From an uncultured virus (IMG/VR IMGVR_UViG_3300037840_000505) (taxonomy: Duplodnaviria > Heunggongvirae > Uroviricota > Caudoviricetes), in the IMG/VR virus record IMGVR_UViG_3300037840_000505: 64,000 bases of DNA, one strand, 5' to 3'. Under the pieces are notes generated by a model that saw only the letters and a program-made list of their open reading frames with translations, was not told where the DNA came from and did not search any database. A program made the translations under genes and the position numbers. Shown here one piece after another: positions 54,075-62,981 of the stretch (the first letter of the stretch is position 1; the number at the start of each line of letters is the position of its first letter).

Positions 54075-54311
54075 CTACGCCACCCAACTCCCGCGATTGC
54101 GGGGATCGTGCCGCTCCTCAAAGATCTCGTCCGGAGCATCGATGCCGCGCTCTTTCGCGAGCGCCTTAACCTTGCGCATGAGCCGTGGCGGCAGGCATCC
54201 TGCCCGGCGCCATTGGTAGACGGCGCCGACCGTCACTCCGGTCAATTCGGCGAACGGCTTGGTGCCGCCGAACGCGTCGATCAGTTCGTTGGTTTGCGCT
54301 ATCAAGCCCAT
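54075..54311 (-). CDS. Cro-like HTH regulator
   Basis: LIDAFGGTKPFAELTGVTVGAVYQWRRAG.LP; sits at the strand divergence, with TTGACA on the minus strand at 54341-54346. Confidence 0.85.
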   Translation of the reverse strand: MGLIAQTNELIDAFGGTKPFAELTGVTVGAVYQWRRAGCLPPRLMRKVKALAKERGIDAPDEIFEERHDPRNRGSWVA

Positions 54312-54420
54312 AGGCCGCTTTTCCTCCTCTCGATCGCATTTGTCAATTGCCTTTTAAGTGTGAGGTCACCTATTCTCATTTTGATGATGATCCCTCCCTC
54401 CCCACGGAAAGGCATCCCCC

Positions 54421-54672
54421 ATGCCCCAGTTACTGCAAGGCGCACCGCTCCCCGGTATGCAGCTCGGTTCCCGCTTTGGCCGGCGCCAGGCCTTCGATTT
54501 GCGCCAGCGGGTGACGATCAGCGGCACTCTCGTCCATTCGACCGACAAGAGCTATCTCATAGCGGGAACCAAGGCGCGGGCCTTTGTGCCGCGCGGGTTG
54601 GTCAGCCACAGCAAGGAAAACGGCACCTTCACGATGCCGGCTTGGCTCGCCCGGCATCGGGGGTTTGTCTGA
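54421..54672 (+). CDS. Small conserved phage protein
   Basis: HSTDKSYLI...FVP...TMPAWLARHRG. Confidence 0.7.
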   Translation: MPQLLQGAPLPGMQLGSRFGRRQAFDLRQRVTISGTLVHSTDKSYLIAGTKARAFVPRGLVSHSKENGTFTMPAWLARHRGFV

Positions 54673-55124
54673 TGCCCGGCTGGGTGAAGCTCGGCAATAT
54701 CGCCGTGGTACGCCAGCCCTACCCGCTCCCCAAACGCCGGAAGCGCGAGAAGCTCGGCGTCCAGAAGGCGCCGCAGCGGATCTGGCCGAGGCATCGCCGG
54801 TGGGTGAAGAGCCATGAATGCTGCGTCGCCGGCTGCCGGGCCCTCGAGGTTGATTTCGCGCATATCAGGACGGCAGCGACAGCCGGGATGGCGCTCAAGA
54901 GCCACGACAGTTTCGGCGTACCCCTCTGCCGGTTGCATCATGACGAGCAGCACCGCTGCGGTCAGGGGACGTTCGAGGACCGCCACGGGATAGACCTCGA
55001 CCAGATCGCGGCCGAACTGGTCCGCACCTCACCCGACCACAAGATGCGCCTGATGCTGATGCTGGAGGCGAGCGCAGCCTCGGAGACGATTGCGAACCCG
55101 GTTGTGGGGAAAGGCTTCATCTGA
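54672..55124 (+). CDS. DUF968-like HNH-type nuclease
   Basis: HRRWVKSHECCVAGC...AHIR...G...K..D...VPLCRLHHDEQH. Confidence 0.8.
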   Translation: MPGWVKLGNIAVVRQPYPLPKRRKREKLGVQKAPQRIWPRHRRWVKSHECCVAGCRALEVDFAHIRTAATAGMALKSHDSFGVPLCRLHHDEQHRCGQGTFEDRHGIDLDQIAAELVRTSPDHKMRLMLMLEASAASETIANPVVGKGFI

Positions 55125-55591
55125 TGAAGACCGCCCTGAGTGCGATTTTGCTGATCGGGATGACCGCGGGCGCCTGGATCCACGCCTTCTTCCAGGCGCC
55201 GCCTCCGCCGCAGAGGTTTCCCGAGTTGGAGTTCTTCAAGGCGGGCGAGATCGTGCCGGTCTACATCGCCGCGGCCTCTGGCGCAGTCCTGCGGTTCACC
55301 ACCGACACCGTGGGGTGGCACGACAGGGATATGTGGGAGGTCAGGCCGGTCAAGGCGCGCAATGACGATATCGGCGACGGCGACTATACCATCGCCGGCC
55401 TCTTTCGCGCCGAACGCCTCAGCGACGCCGATTGGGTGATCGAGGATGGGCGCATGAATATGTTTGTCGGCTGCCCCGCCGACATGCGCCAGCGCGCCGA
55501 TAAAGACGATCACTGCGATGACCGCGCCTCAGCCTTTCACGATCTCGTTCCGCATCACCGCTGGTGGATGCACGGAGAGGGCGGCGAGTGA
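55124..55591 (+). CDS. Hypothetical exported or membrane protein flanked by 25-bp direct repeats
   Basis: Hydrophobic N-terminus; TGATG coupling. Confidence 0.6.
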   Translation: MKTALSAILLIGMTAGAWIHAFFQAPPPPQRFPELEFFKAGEIVPVYIAAASGAVLRFTTDTVGWHDRDMWEVRPVKARNDDIGDGDYTIAGLFRAERLSDADWVIEDGRMNMFVGCPADMRQRADKDDHCDDRASAFHDLVPHHRWWMHGEGGE

Positions 55592-55741
55592 TGGACCATT
55601 TTTGGCTCGAGCTTGAGAAAGGTTTCATCTGATGAAGACCGTTCTCATCATCGGCAGCCTCGCCATCGCCAGTTGGCTTCTGGTCGGCGCGATCTTCTTT
55701 GTCGTCTTCACCCTCGCCAGTGCGATTTTTGGAGGAGCGGC

Positions 55742-56101
55742 ATGACCAAGATCACCGAGAAGGAGTGGAACGTCGACGGTGATGACCGACCGGGCATGGC
55801 GTGGAACCGGCACATCGTCCTCGCCGAAAACGCCGACATGCGCATCTGCTTCATGGCGCACGGCAGCGGCGTCAGCGATGACGAATTTGCCGAAGCGGCC
55901 CTGCTGATCGCTGGCGCACCGGCTCTCTTGCGTGCCGCACTGTTGCTCGAAGCGGCCGAGGAGGTACACGCCAATTGTCCGGAATGCGACGGTGAAGGCG
56001 TACCGGAACTTTGTCCCGCGTGTTTCCCGCTTTTTGACGATGCCCGGATTGCCCGGCGCGCGGCGCTGGAGAAAGCCGCCAATGGCGCGGTGATCGGATG
56101 A
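55742..56101 (+). CDS. Hypothetical protein
   Basis: ALLIAGAPALL motif; CPEC...CPAC. Confidence 0.7.
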   Translation: MTKITEKEWNVDGDDRPGMAWNRHIVLAENADMRICFMAHGSGVSDDEFAEAALLIAGAPALLRAALLLEAAEEVHANCPECDGEGVPELCPACFPLFDDARIARRAALEKAANGAVIG

Positions 56102-56289
56102 ACGACAACACCCCAGCCGATCCCCTCATCGAAACCCGCATCAAGGGCGGGCTCCAGCATGGCGGTTTTGGCGTCGACTACCTGGACGGCGCCAATCTGG
56201 TAGAGCTGCACGGCGCCTACAGTATCGCTGAACTGGAAGCCGTTGCCCGGTATATGCGCGAGAAGGGAGCCCGACCCGATGGCGAATAG
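56098..56289 (+). CDS. Hypothetical protein
   Basis: ATGA overlap. Confidence 0.55.
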   Translation: MNDNTPADPLIETRIKGGLQHGGFGVDYLDGANLVELHGAYSIAELEAVARYMREKGARPDGE

Positions 56290-56566
56290 CGAACTCATCT
56301 CGCCGCCTGATCGGATTTCCGCCGGGTACGAGGATCGCCCCGGGCGCTTGCCGCAGACGATCGTCGCGGAGGTGTCAAAGAACTGGCCGGGCGACCCCGA
56401 GGACTTGCTGTCGATGCGCTTCGAGGAGGTGATCGAGGTCAATCGGGAGCGCGGATACCAGCTCCAGTCATGGCACCTCAGCCGCGTCTACGTCGAAGAG
56501 GCCCTCAACGAGACGATCATCGCCGTCTTCGTGTGGGAAAAGGTAGCTGAGCCCGATGGCGAATAG
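56279..56566 (+). CDS. Hypothetical protein flanked by 17-bp direct repeats
   Basis: IVAEVSKNW...FEEVIEVNRERGY...ETIIAVF. Confidence 0.7.
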   Translation: MANSELISPPDRISAGYEDRPGRLPQTIVAEVSKNWPGDPEDLLSMRFEEVIEVNRERGYQLQSWHLSRVYVEEALNETIIAVFVWEKVAEPDGE

Positions 56567-56924
56567 CGCTTTCGACCCGTGCACCGAATGCGGCGCAAAA
56601 TGGTATGGACCTCACGCGCCGAGATGCTCGATCGCGGCCGAGAAGTTTCTTAAGACCTTAGCCCAAGATGGCCGGGCAGTGGCGGCCGATAATCCGCGCT
56701 GCCCAAGCTGCGGTGCCGTCGAGGAGCGTTGGACCGAGACGGTGCCGCGCCATTCGGGCGATGGCGATAGCTGGTCGATCTCGTGCGGCGATTGCGGGCG
56801 CGACTACGAGGTCGAATTCCTTGTCAGCTACAGCTTTCGCGTGCGCGCGACCAAGCCAGAGCCCATCCCAGCGCCGGGGGTATCCGGCGCACATGACCAA
56901 CCCCCAGGGGAGACAAAGCCATGA
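56556..56924 (+). CDS. Zn-ribbon protein
   Basis: CTEC..H..C; CPSCG...CGDCG. Confidence 0.65.
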   Translation: MANSAFDPCTECGAKWYGPHAPRCSIAAEKFLKTLAQDGRAVAADNPRCPSCGAVEERWTETVPRHSGDGDSWSISCGDCGRDYEVEFLVSYSFRVRATKPEPIPAPGVSGAHDQPPGETKP

Positions 56925-57211
56925 CGAGAGACGAACTAGCAAAGCAACTGGCGGACGCGGGCCTTCTGCCATTGTCGCGCGCCGATACAATCATTCGCGC
57001 GATCGAGCACCGGATTTCCGAGGCATTGGCGCGGGGCGAGAGCGTCGAATTCTACGGGTTCGGCCGCTTTTCGGCGGTGACGACCTTGCCGCGCACGGGA
57101 ACCAATCCGCGCTCTGGCGAACCGATCCAAATCGGCCAGAAGAAGCGCGTCACCTTTAAGCCCGGCTCGGTCTTGAAGCGCGCGGTCGACCCAACACGCC
57201 AAGCCGCCTGA
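56921..57211 (+). CDS. HU/IHF family DNA-binding protein
   Basis: GESVEFYGFGRF...RTGTNPRSGE.IQI..KKRVTFKPG. Confidence 0.92.
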   Translation: MTRDELAKQLADAGLLPLSRADTIIRAIEHRISEALARGESVEFYGFGRFSAVTTLPRTGTNPRSGEPIQIGQKKRVTFKPGSVLKRAVDPTRQAA

Positions 57212-57581
57212 ACCCCGCACGGCAGGAGGCTTGATCGTGGCCGGCCGCACTTTTGCCCTTGACGGGTAGCGGGCCGGCCGATGGCCGGCCTGAGTGCGAT
57301 CCCTGAAACAGCGCGGAATTCCTAGCTTCTGCGCTAGTTAGGAGGTTAAATGGTTTCCGACTTTGTTTTGGTATCGTCGGCCGTGTTGGCACTGGCACCT
57401 GAAAACCCGATGACCGCGCTCGCAAGCGCGTGGGCATCGCGCCATTACGGGATAGACGTTCCTTCCGTTGCAAGCTGGAGCCGCGTGCTGCAATTCTGGT
57501 TTCTGGTAATTGCAACTGGCTTCATCGAAAAACTACTTTAACCCGGCCGGCGCCCGGCCGGCCGTTCACCGGAGGAAGGAC

Positions 57582-58076
57582 ATGACCAGGCTACCGCTCG
57601 CGCTTTTGTTCGTCTTTGCGCTTGGCGCGGGAGCGCAGGCCCAGCAATGCAAGCTCGGGCCGATACCGGATCAGAGTGCGGGATGTACGCCGGGGCTCGC
57701 GGCCTCAACCAATGAGGCGGATGTCTGCTCGCATGCCGGGGGAACCTACAGCCAGCGCCATCGACTGACGCAGAACCCCGAGACGAAGCTCGAGGTCATG
57801 ACCCGCTACGGGGTGCCCTTTGCGCAAGCCGGGAAGTTCGAGGACGACCACGACCTGCCGCTTTGCCTCGGAGGGTCCGATTCGGTCGCGAACCGCTGGC
57901 CGCAATCGCGCACGGGAGATTGGACCGCGGCGGAAAAAGACCAGCTCGAAGCCTTTGCCTGCCGCGAGGTCTGCGCCGGTCATGTGCCGCTGGCAACCGC
58001 GCAGGGCTGGTTTCTTGCCCCCGCCGATTGGCGCCAGGCATACCGTGCTATGGCAGCGGGGACGCTGGTACCCTGA
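57582..58076 (+). CDS. Secreted HNH-like protein
   Basis: Signal peptide ...AGAQA/QQC; EDDHDLPLCLGGS...NRWPQ...KDQLE...VC. Confidence 0.75.
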   Translation: MTRLPLALLFVFALGAGAQAQQCKLGPIPDQSAGCTPGLAASTNEADVCSHAGGTYSQRHRLTQNPETKLEVMTRYGVPFAQAGKFEDDHDLPLCLGGSDSVANRWPQSRTGDWTAAEKDQLEAFACREVCAGHVPLATAQGWFLAPADWRQAYRAMAAGTLVP

Positions 58077-58192
58077 TCTCGTGATTGAGCGGTCCGCGCT
58101 CGCTGCCTTCCGGCACGAACGGGCCGAGCGAAGGCGCGCAGCCGCACAGCCCCAACAGCAAGAACGCCAAGAAGAAGGCGAGCGCCCGCATT

Positions 58193-58861
58193 TTACCCCA
58201 GCGCTCGCGCGCCCTTCTGGTAGAGCGCGATCGAGTGCCATTCGGCGTCGGGACTGATCTTCGAGAGGATCGTCGGCGGCGCGTTCGGATCGGGCGCCTC
58301 GTTGATCGCGGTGAAGGGCACGAGGTCGCGCCATTCGAGCCAGGGCGCGAACGGTTCGGGCACCTCCGGCACCGGGTCCGGACCGTTGCGCAGGCTCGTC
58401 ACCGGGACGCCCGAGGATTTGACCAGCGTCACCAAGTGGATCATGCCGGGTTTGGGGCAGCCGCAGAGGGCCACTTGAGCGACGGGCAGATCATCGAGGA
58501 TCGCCATCGCCGCAAGCTCCGCGGCGTGCGCGCCGCCGAGGCTGTGTCCGCTATAGGCCAATTTTGCCAAGGGGCGCAGCGCCTGGCAGATGGCCTCGTG
58601 CGCGGGGACGAGGCCGATTCCGAAGCCGTAGGGGACGAGACCGAGCGAGGGATAGCCGGGAACCGCGCGCGAGCCCTCCGATATCCCGTCGATCCACCAA
58701 TCCCTCAGATCGTCCGACCCGCGACAGTCGACGATATCGAAATCGCCCACCTGGCGGATCGCCCAGGCGATGCCGGCGGTTTGCTGCTGGACCGCGAAAT
58801 GCCCCACGGGCGGTGCGTAATGCGCCGCCATCGTGTCGACCAGCTCAGGGAGCGGGATCAC
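58193..58861 (-). CDS. Lipase class 3-like alpha/beta hydrolase
   Basis: RGS...DW..D, GHSLGG, G.PKPG, DPVP.VP, HSI..Y. Confidence 0.88.
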   Translation of the reverse strand: MIPLPELVDTMAAHYAPPVGHFAVQQQTAGIAWAIRQVGDFDIVDCRGSDDLRDWWIDGISEGSRAVPGYPSLGLVPYGFGIGLVPAHEAICQALRPLAKLAYSGHSLGGAHAAELAAMAILDDLPVAQVALCGCPKPGMIHLVTLVKSSGVPVTSLRNGPDPVPEVPEPFAPWLEWRDLVPFTAINEAPDPNAPPTILSKISPDAEWHSIALYQKGARALG

Positions 58862-59112
58862 TTGATTTTCGACCAGGGGTCGGAGCCATCGGCGCTCCAC
58901 GTCTGTCCGTTGTGCTGAGTCGCGCCGCGTTCACAGTGCGCGCCTTGCGAGGCGTACCAGCCGTTACCCCCGAGGCTCCAGGGTTGAGCGGCTTGATCTA
59001 TCTCACGAACGCGATCCCAGCATTCGGCCAGCGAAGGAAATTGCTCGTAGTGAGAGCTTTCCCCGCAGCCGAAGCCGCAAACCCATGCGACCAAAACGAA
59101 TGTTTTGATCAC
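58858..59112 (-). CDS. Small secreted Cys-containing protein
   Basis: Hydrophobic N-terminus, FPSLAEC...C, similar to 26908..27099. Confidence 0.55.
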   Translation of the reverse strand: MIKTFVLVAWVCGFGCGESSHYEQFPSLAECWDRVREIDQAAQPWSLGGNGWYASQGAHCERGATQHNGQTWSADGSDPWSKIK

Positions 59113-59263
59113 GGCGCCCTCGCGTGCTTGATGCCGCGGGCGTTGAAGCCGTGCAGCGCCTTGGCGAGCCCGACAACGGCGCCGAAGACCGCCGCGCAGA
59201 AGATCGCGCCGATGACGACGAAGGTCAGCAGCCATCGCGCCGCATCGGCGAGGAGCGGGATCA

Positions 59264-59830
59264 TCAGCCGCGATCGGCGCGTGCTGAGGGGCTGCTGTGG
59301 GTGTTCTCGGCTCCGACCAGGGCGAGCGGTGCCACTGCGGGTGCGATCCCCTGCAGGCCGCCGAGCGCTGTGCCGATGATCAGCGCCGGGTTCGATGCGG
59401 CCGTGATCGACGAATTGACCGTACGCGCTTTGATGAAGCACTGCGATCCAAGGACATCGACGACGTTGTTGAACTGATCGGAGTCCGGGATCATCACCGA
59501 CATGACTTCGGCGGCGGGAATGCCCCCGAGTTGCTGGCCCTGAAGGACCGCTTGGGTCTTCTGCAGCTCTTGCACGACCGTGATGCCGCCGCCGGCGCAT
59601 TGCGCGCCGCCCGTATCCGGCGGGGTGAACGAGAGCGCGACGTTCTGCGTCAAGGTGAGCTGCTGCACTCCGGTGTTGAGCAGCTGGTCGACGTAGTTCT
59701 CGATCGCGAGGCTGTCCGCCTGGCTGAGGGTCAGCGGCGGCGACGGCAGGGTTGTGGGCGTCGTGCCCGGCCCGGTCGGTGCGCACGCGGCCATGAGGAG
59801 AAGCGCCGCGACCGCAAGGATGCGTTTCAT
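59264..59830 (-). CDS. Lipoprotein in the lysis module (spanin candidate)
   Basis: MKRILAVAALLLMAAC lipobox. Confidence 0.7.
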   Translation of the reverse strand: MKRILAVAALLLMAACAPTGPGTTPTTLPSPPLTLSQADSLAIENYVDQLLNTGVQQLTLTQNVALSFTPPDTGGAQCAGGGITVVQELQKTQAVLQGQQLGGIPAAEVMSVMIPDSDQFNNVVDVLGSQCFIKARTVNSSITAASNPALIIGTALGGLQGIAPAVAPLALVGAENTHSSPSARADRG

Positions 59831-59848
59831 GGGTTCAGTCCTTTCGGT

Positions 59849-60100
59849 TTAGCGGCTCGAAAAAGCCGCAAGATGTTGTTGAGCTTCGGCGATCGACTTG
59901 CCGTAATCGGCATCAGCCGCAGCGCGAGCCGCCTCGAGGCGGGTAACCTGATCGCGCCAGCGAGAGGCTTCGCAATTAGTCATCGCGGCGGGTGTCGGCT
60001 CACCGCCGCACGCGCCATTCATAACGTAGCTGTAATCTGTTCTTCCGCCGCCACAGCCCGAAAGCGCCAGCAAGAATCCCATTGCGAGAATGCGTTTCAT
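59849..60100 (-). CDS. Small lipoprotein
   Basis: LSGC lipobox. Confidence 0.65.
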   Translation of the reverse strand: MKRILAMGFLLALSGCGGGRTDYSYVMNGACGGEPTPAAMTNCEASRWRDQVTRLEAARAAADADYGKSIAEAQQHLAAFSSR

Positions 60101-60152
60101 GACCGATCCTTTCGGGTTGAGGTGCGTCAGGCAAACGGTGGATCATCGATGT

Positions 60153-60494
60153 TCAGGGTTTGGTGACGGGCGCGCTTGTCGCGAGCGCGGCGGAAGAGGC
60201 GGCGATCGTGTCGTCTTTCTTCGCGCTGCCCATCGAAGATCCGAAGAAAAAGCCCATGGCGCCGGCGGCGAGGTTCAGGAGGCCGGTCGCCAGCACGGGC
60301 TTCAATGTCGCGTCTCCGGTAAGAAAGGCGACTCCGGTCACGAAATCGAGCGAGAGCACGAGGACCAGACCGAGCCCCGGCAGCACCCACCACGGCATCC
60401 CCTGTCGCAGGTTGTCGTTGGCGGGGGCCGCTGCCGGCGGCTGGGTCTGCGGCACAGCCGGGCGCGGCGGGCTCGGGCTTTCAGCGATCGACAT
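60153..60494 (-). CDS. Holin-like two-TM protein
   Basis: Two TMs, then FFFGSSMGSAKKD; near the endolysin. Confidence 0.65.
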   Translation of the reverse strand: MSIAESPSPPRPAVPQTQPPAAAPANDNLRQGMPWWVLPGLGLVLVLSLDFVTGVAFLTGDATLKPVLATGLLNLAAGAMGFFFGSSMGSAKKDDTIAASSAALATSAPVTKP

Positions 60495-60896
60495 TGCAAC
60501 TCCTTGTATATATCGGAACGGCGCAAAATACCACCGTCAGCGTGACGATCGCCGATTCTGGGATGACCATGCGGGCCGATATCGGAATTCCGATGACGCT
60601 CAAATCCAGCCCACGACCCTTGCGGTCCAGAACACCAGGAGGATGACGAGGATGCCGAGCGCGCAGATCGCGCTGGCGATCGTCGCGTCCTGCGGTATCG
60701 CGCGCCGGCGGGTCAACTCTTCTCGGGCCCAATCCAATCGGCCTTGAAAGGGCAATCGTCGCCGCAGGGCGAGGAGGATCGTAGGCAGTTGTAAATTTCA
60801 TGCCACCGGTTTTTGGGCACCGGGGACCTTCCTCGTCGCGGATGCGGTCGCGCGCCGCGCGAATCGTGTCGTAATCGTCGGCCCAGCGCGTCGCCA

Positions 60897-61532
60897 TCAC
60901 GCGGTCCACGCGTCGAGATCAGCTGGCGAATTGGCGTGCGGCGCGAAATCCGAATCGATGGAAATGCCGAGGTGCAGCCCGCGGACGTCGCCGACGTCCT
61001 GTTCCATGTCTTCCTTGCCTCCGGTCACATCGACCCGGGTCCCCCGCATCCCCATACCCCCCGCATCCCAGGCGAACTTGGCGATCCCGGCCGATTTCAG
61101 TTCCTCGGTGAAGGCGCCGTTGCCGTAGGCGATCATCGGACAGACCGCGCCCGTGAGATCGTTGACCTTGGCGACGCAAACCGAGGCATAGGCCCGGCAC
61201 GCCGGGTCTTGGCTCGCCTGTTCATCGAAATCGAAGGTCAGGATGTAGCTCGTGCCGGGCGGCTGCCCGCAGACCTTCATGTAGACAGCAATCCCTTCGC
61301 CGTCTTCGCTCCCGGCGCCCGCGCCCTGCAGCGCCCGTTCCGCGGTCGTCTCGAAAATCGGGATGATCCCGACCGCGACATAGGCAGCCTCGGCCGCGGC
61401 GAAAATCTGGTCGCGGTCCGCCGTCGAGAACAGTTTGTAATAGGGCAGGAAGATGCGCACGCCTTTCTTTATCGCCAGAGGGGCAATGGCGCCCAGATGC
61501 TGGTCGGCGTCGAAGGCTAAAAGGCCGGTCAC
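60897..61532 (-). CDS. Endolysin, DUF1906 (GH25-like) glycoside hydrolase
   Basis: AFD...PIFET...G.GAG.EDG...GQPPG...TFDFD...AYG...ID.D. Confidence 0.75.
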   Translation of the reverse strand: MTGLLAFDADQHLGAIAPLAIKKGVRIFLPYYKLFSTADRDQIFAAAEAAYVAVGIIPIFETTAERALQGAGAGSEDGEGIAVYMKVCGQPPGTSYILTFDFDEQASQDPACRAYASVCVAKVNDLTGAVCPMIAYGNGAFTEELKSAGIAKFAWDAGGMGMRGTRVDVTGGKEDMEQDVGDVRGLHLGISIDSDFAPHANSPADLDAWTA

Positions 61533-61756
61533 GGCTCGTCTCCTTGGTTGTTTTGGGGTTGGATCGCATCGCGCAGATCCTTGACGGCGCGCTCGATTGC
61601 GTCGAGCTTCTGGTCGGTCTTGTCGAGGACCTTGGTCGCTGGCGGCGGGTTGGGGACCGGCGGCGACGATATCTCGATCGGCGCCGGGCGCGCGAGGAGT
61701 GCCGCGGCGCAGCCCGAGACCGCAAGCGTCAGCACGAGGCTAGCGGCGGCCCGCAT
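61529..61756 (-). CDS. Small lipoprotein-like protein
   Basis: VSGC lipobox, Pro-rich linker, coiled coil. Confidence 0.55.
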   Translation of the reverse strand: MRAAASLVLTLAVSGCAAALLARPAPIEISSPPVPNPPPATKVLDKTDQKLDAIERAVKDLRDAIQPQNNQGDEP

Positions 61757-62042
61757 CGGATTTCGCGACGGCGGCGCGCAAATCGGATAATTGGTCATAG
61801 ATCTTGTCCAGTACCGTTGCGATCCTGGTGTCCCGGGTGCGCTGGTCGTCGCGCTCGGTTATTGCGGTTTTCTCGTCCTGTTCGACCCGCTGCTGGAGCA
61901 GGCTTGCTTCGCTGTGGAGCGCGTTGATCTGCGCTTCCATGTTGGCGTAGCCCCATAACCCCCAGCCGGTGAGAGTGGCGCAGGCGATGATCGCCTGCAT
62001 GATGTGACCCAGTTCGATCGTCGGCGAGAACCGCACCGCCAT
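61740..62042 (-). CDS. Single-TM coiled-coil protein (lysis module)
   Basis: TIELGHIMQ TM followed by a coiled coil. Confidence 0.65.
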   Translation of the reverse strand: MAVRFSPTIELGHIMQAIIACATLTGWGLWGYANMEAQINALHSEASLLQQRVEQDEKTAITERDDQRTRDTRIATVLDKIYDQLSDLRAAVAKSDAGRR

Positions 62043-62224
62043 GAAAAGATTACCGTCCCGACAGGGTACGCTTCGCGGTGGGGGATTTCGCGGTATTGCG
62101 GGGCTGCGGGCGCTGCGGTCGGCCGGGCCGCAAGGGTGTCGCCTTCGCCTGGATCATCTGCGGCGCGGCGCGGGGCGCTGGAGAGGGCGCCGGGTTATCG
62201 GGCGAATCGGGCATCAGGGAGGCT

Positions 62225-62740
62225 TCACCCAGCGAGCGACAGAGCGGCCAGTGGCGCCTCGAATTCACGGCGCCTCGGGTAGCGTTTGGCCGCCCGGTCG
62301 TAGAGCACCACGTTGACGCTGGCTGCGAGGTTCATGCACCCACGCGTCGGCACCACGATGATGTTCCGGCAGCGATCGGTGATCTGTTTGCCGAGCGTTC
62401 CGTCTTCCGGACCGAAAATATAAAACGCGCGCTCCGGGTGGTTGTATTCAGGGAGCGGAATGGCCCCTTCGATCAAATCCACCGCGACGGGAACGCAGCC
62501 GAATGGAATGACCGAGAACAGGTCATCCACATTGATGAGAGGAAAGTGACGATGGCCTTTCATGGTGTCCGTACTGGCCTCGCGATAGCGCCGACCCGTA
62601 GTGACAACCATCGCGGCATCGTAGACCCAAGCGGCACGGAGGACCGACCCGACATTGTTGTGGTCTTTGGGCTGGAACAGCCCGATGGCAGCATATCCGC
62701 GCCCGCGCGGCAGTTCGACGATCTTCCCCATCAAACGCAT
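62225..62740 (-). CDS. SpoU/TrmH-family (SPOUT) RNA methyltransferase
   Basis: PK..NNVGSVLRAA, YIFGPEDG, CMNLAASVNVVLYDR. Confidence 0.9.
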   Translation of the reverse strand: MRLMGKIVELPRGRGYAAIGLFQPKDHNNVGSVLRAAWVYDAAMVVTTGRRYREASTDTMKGHRHFPLINVDDLFSVIPFGCVPVAVDLIEGAIPLPEYNHPERAFYIFGPEDGTLGKQITDRCRNIIVVPTRGCMNLAASVNVVLYDRAAKRYPRRREFEAPLAALSLAG

Positions 62741-62753
62741 CCCTTAGTCGGCA

Positions 62754-62951
62754 TCAGAGGAACTTCACCAGCTTTGCCTCGAGCTGCAGCTCGCCGAACT
62801 GATTGCGCGAGAACATGAGATTGACATCGATCTTGTGGCTGTTGGCTTCTCTCGCCAGGGCGAGAACAGGCTGCAGCCCCTCGGCGAACCGGCGCTTCAG
62901 ATCGGTTACGACATCCGTTTCCGACACCAGCTTGGCGACGTTCTCGTTCAT
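62754..62951 (-). CDS. Hypothetical protein
   Basis: 65 aa; SD GGAG. Confidence 0.55.
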   Translation of the reverse strand: MNENVAKLVSETDVVTDLKRRFAEGLQPVLALAREANSHKIDVNLMFSRNQFGELQLEAKLVKFL

Positions 62952-62981
62952 TCTCGCTCCGGGGCCGATAAGGGCGTGATT

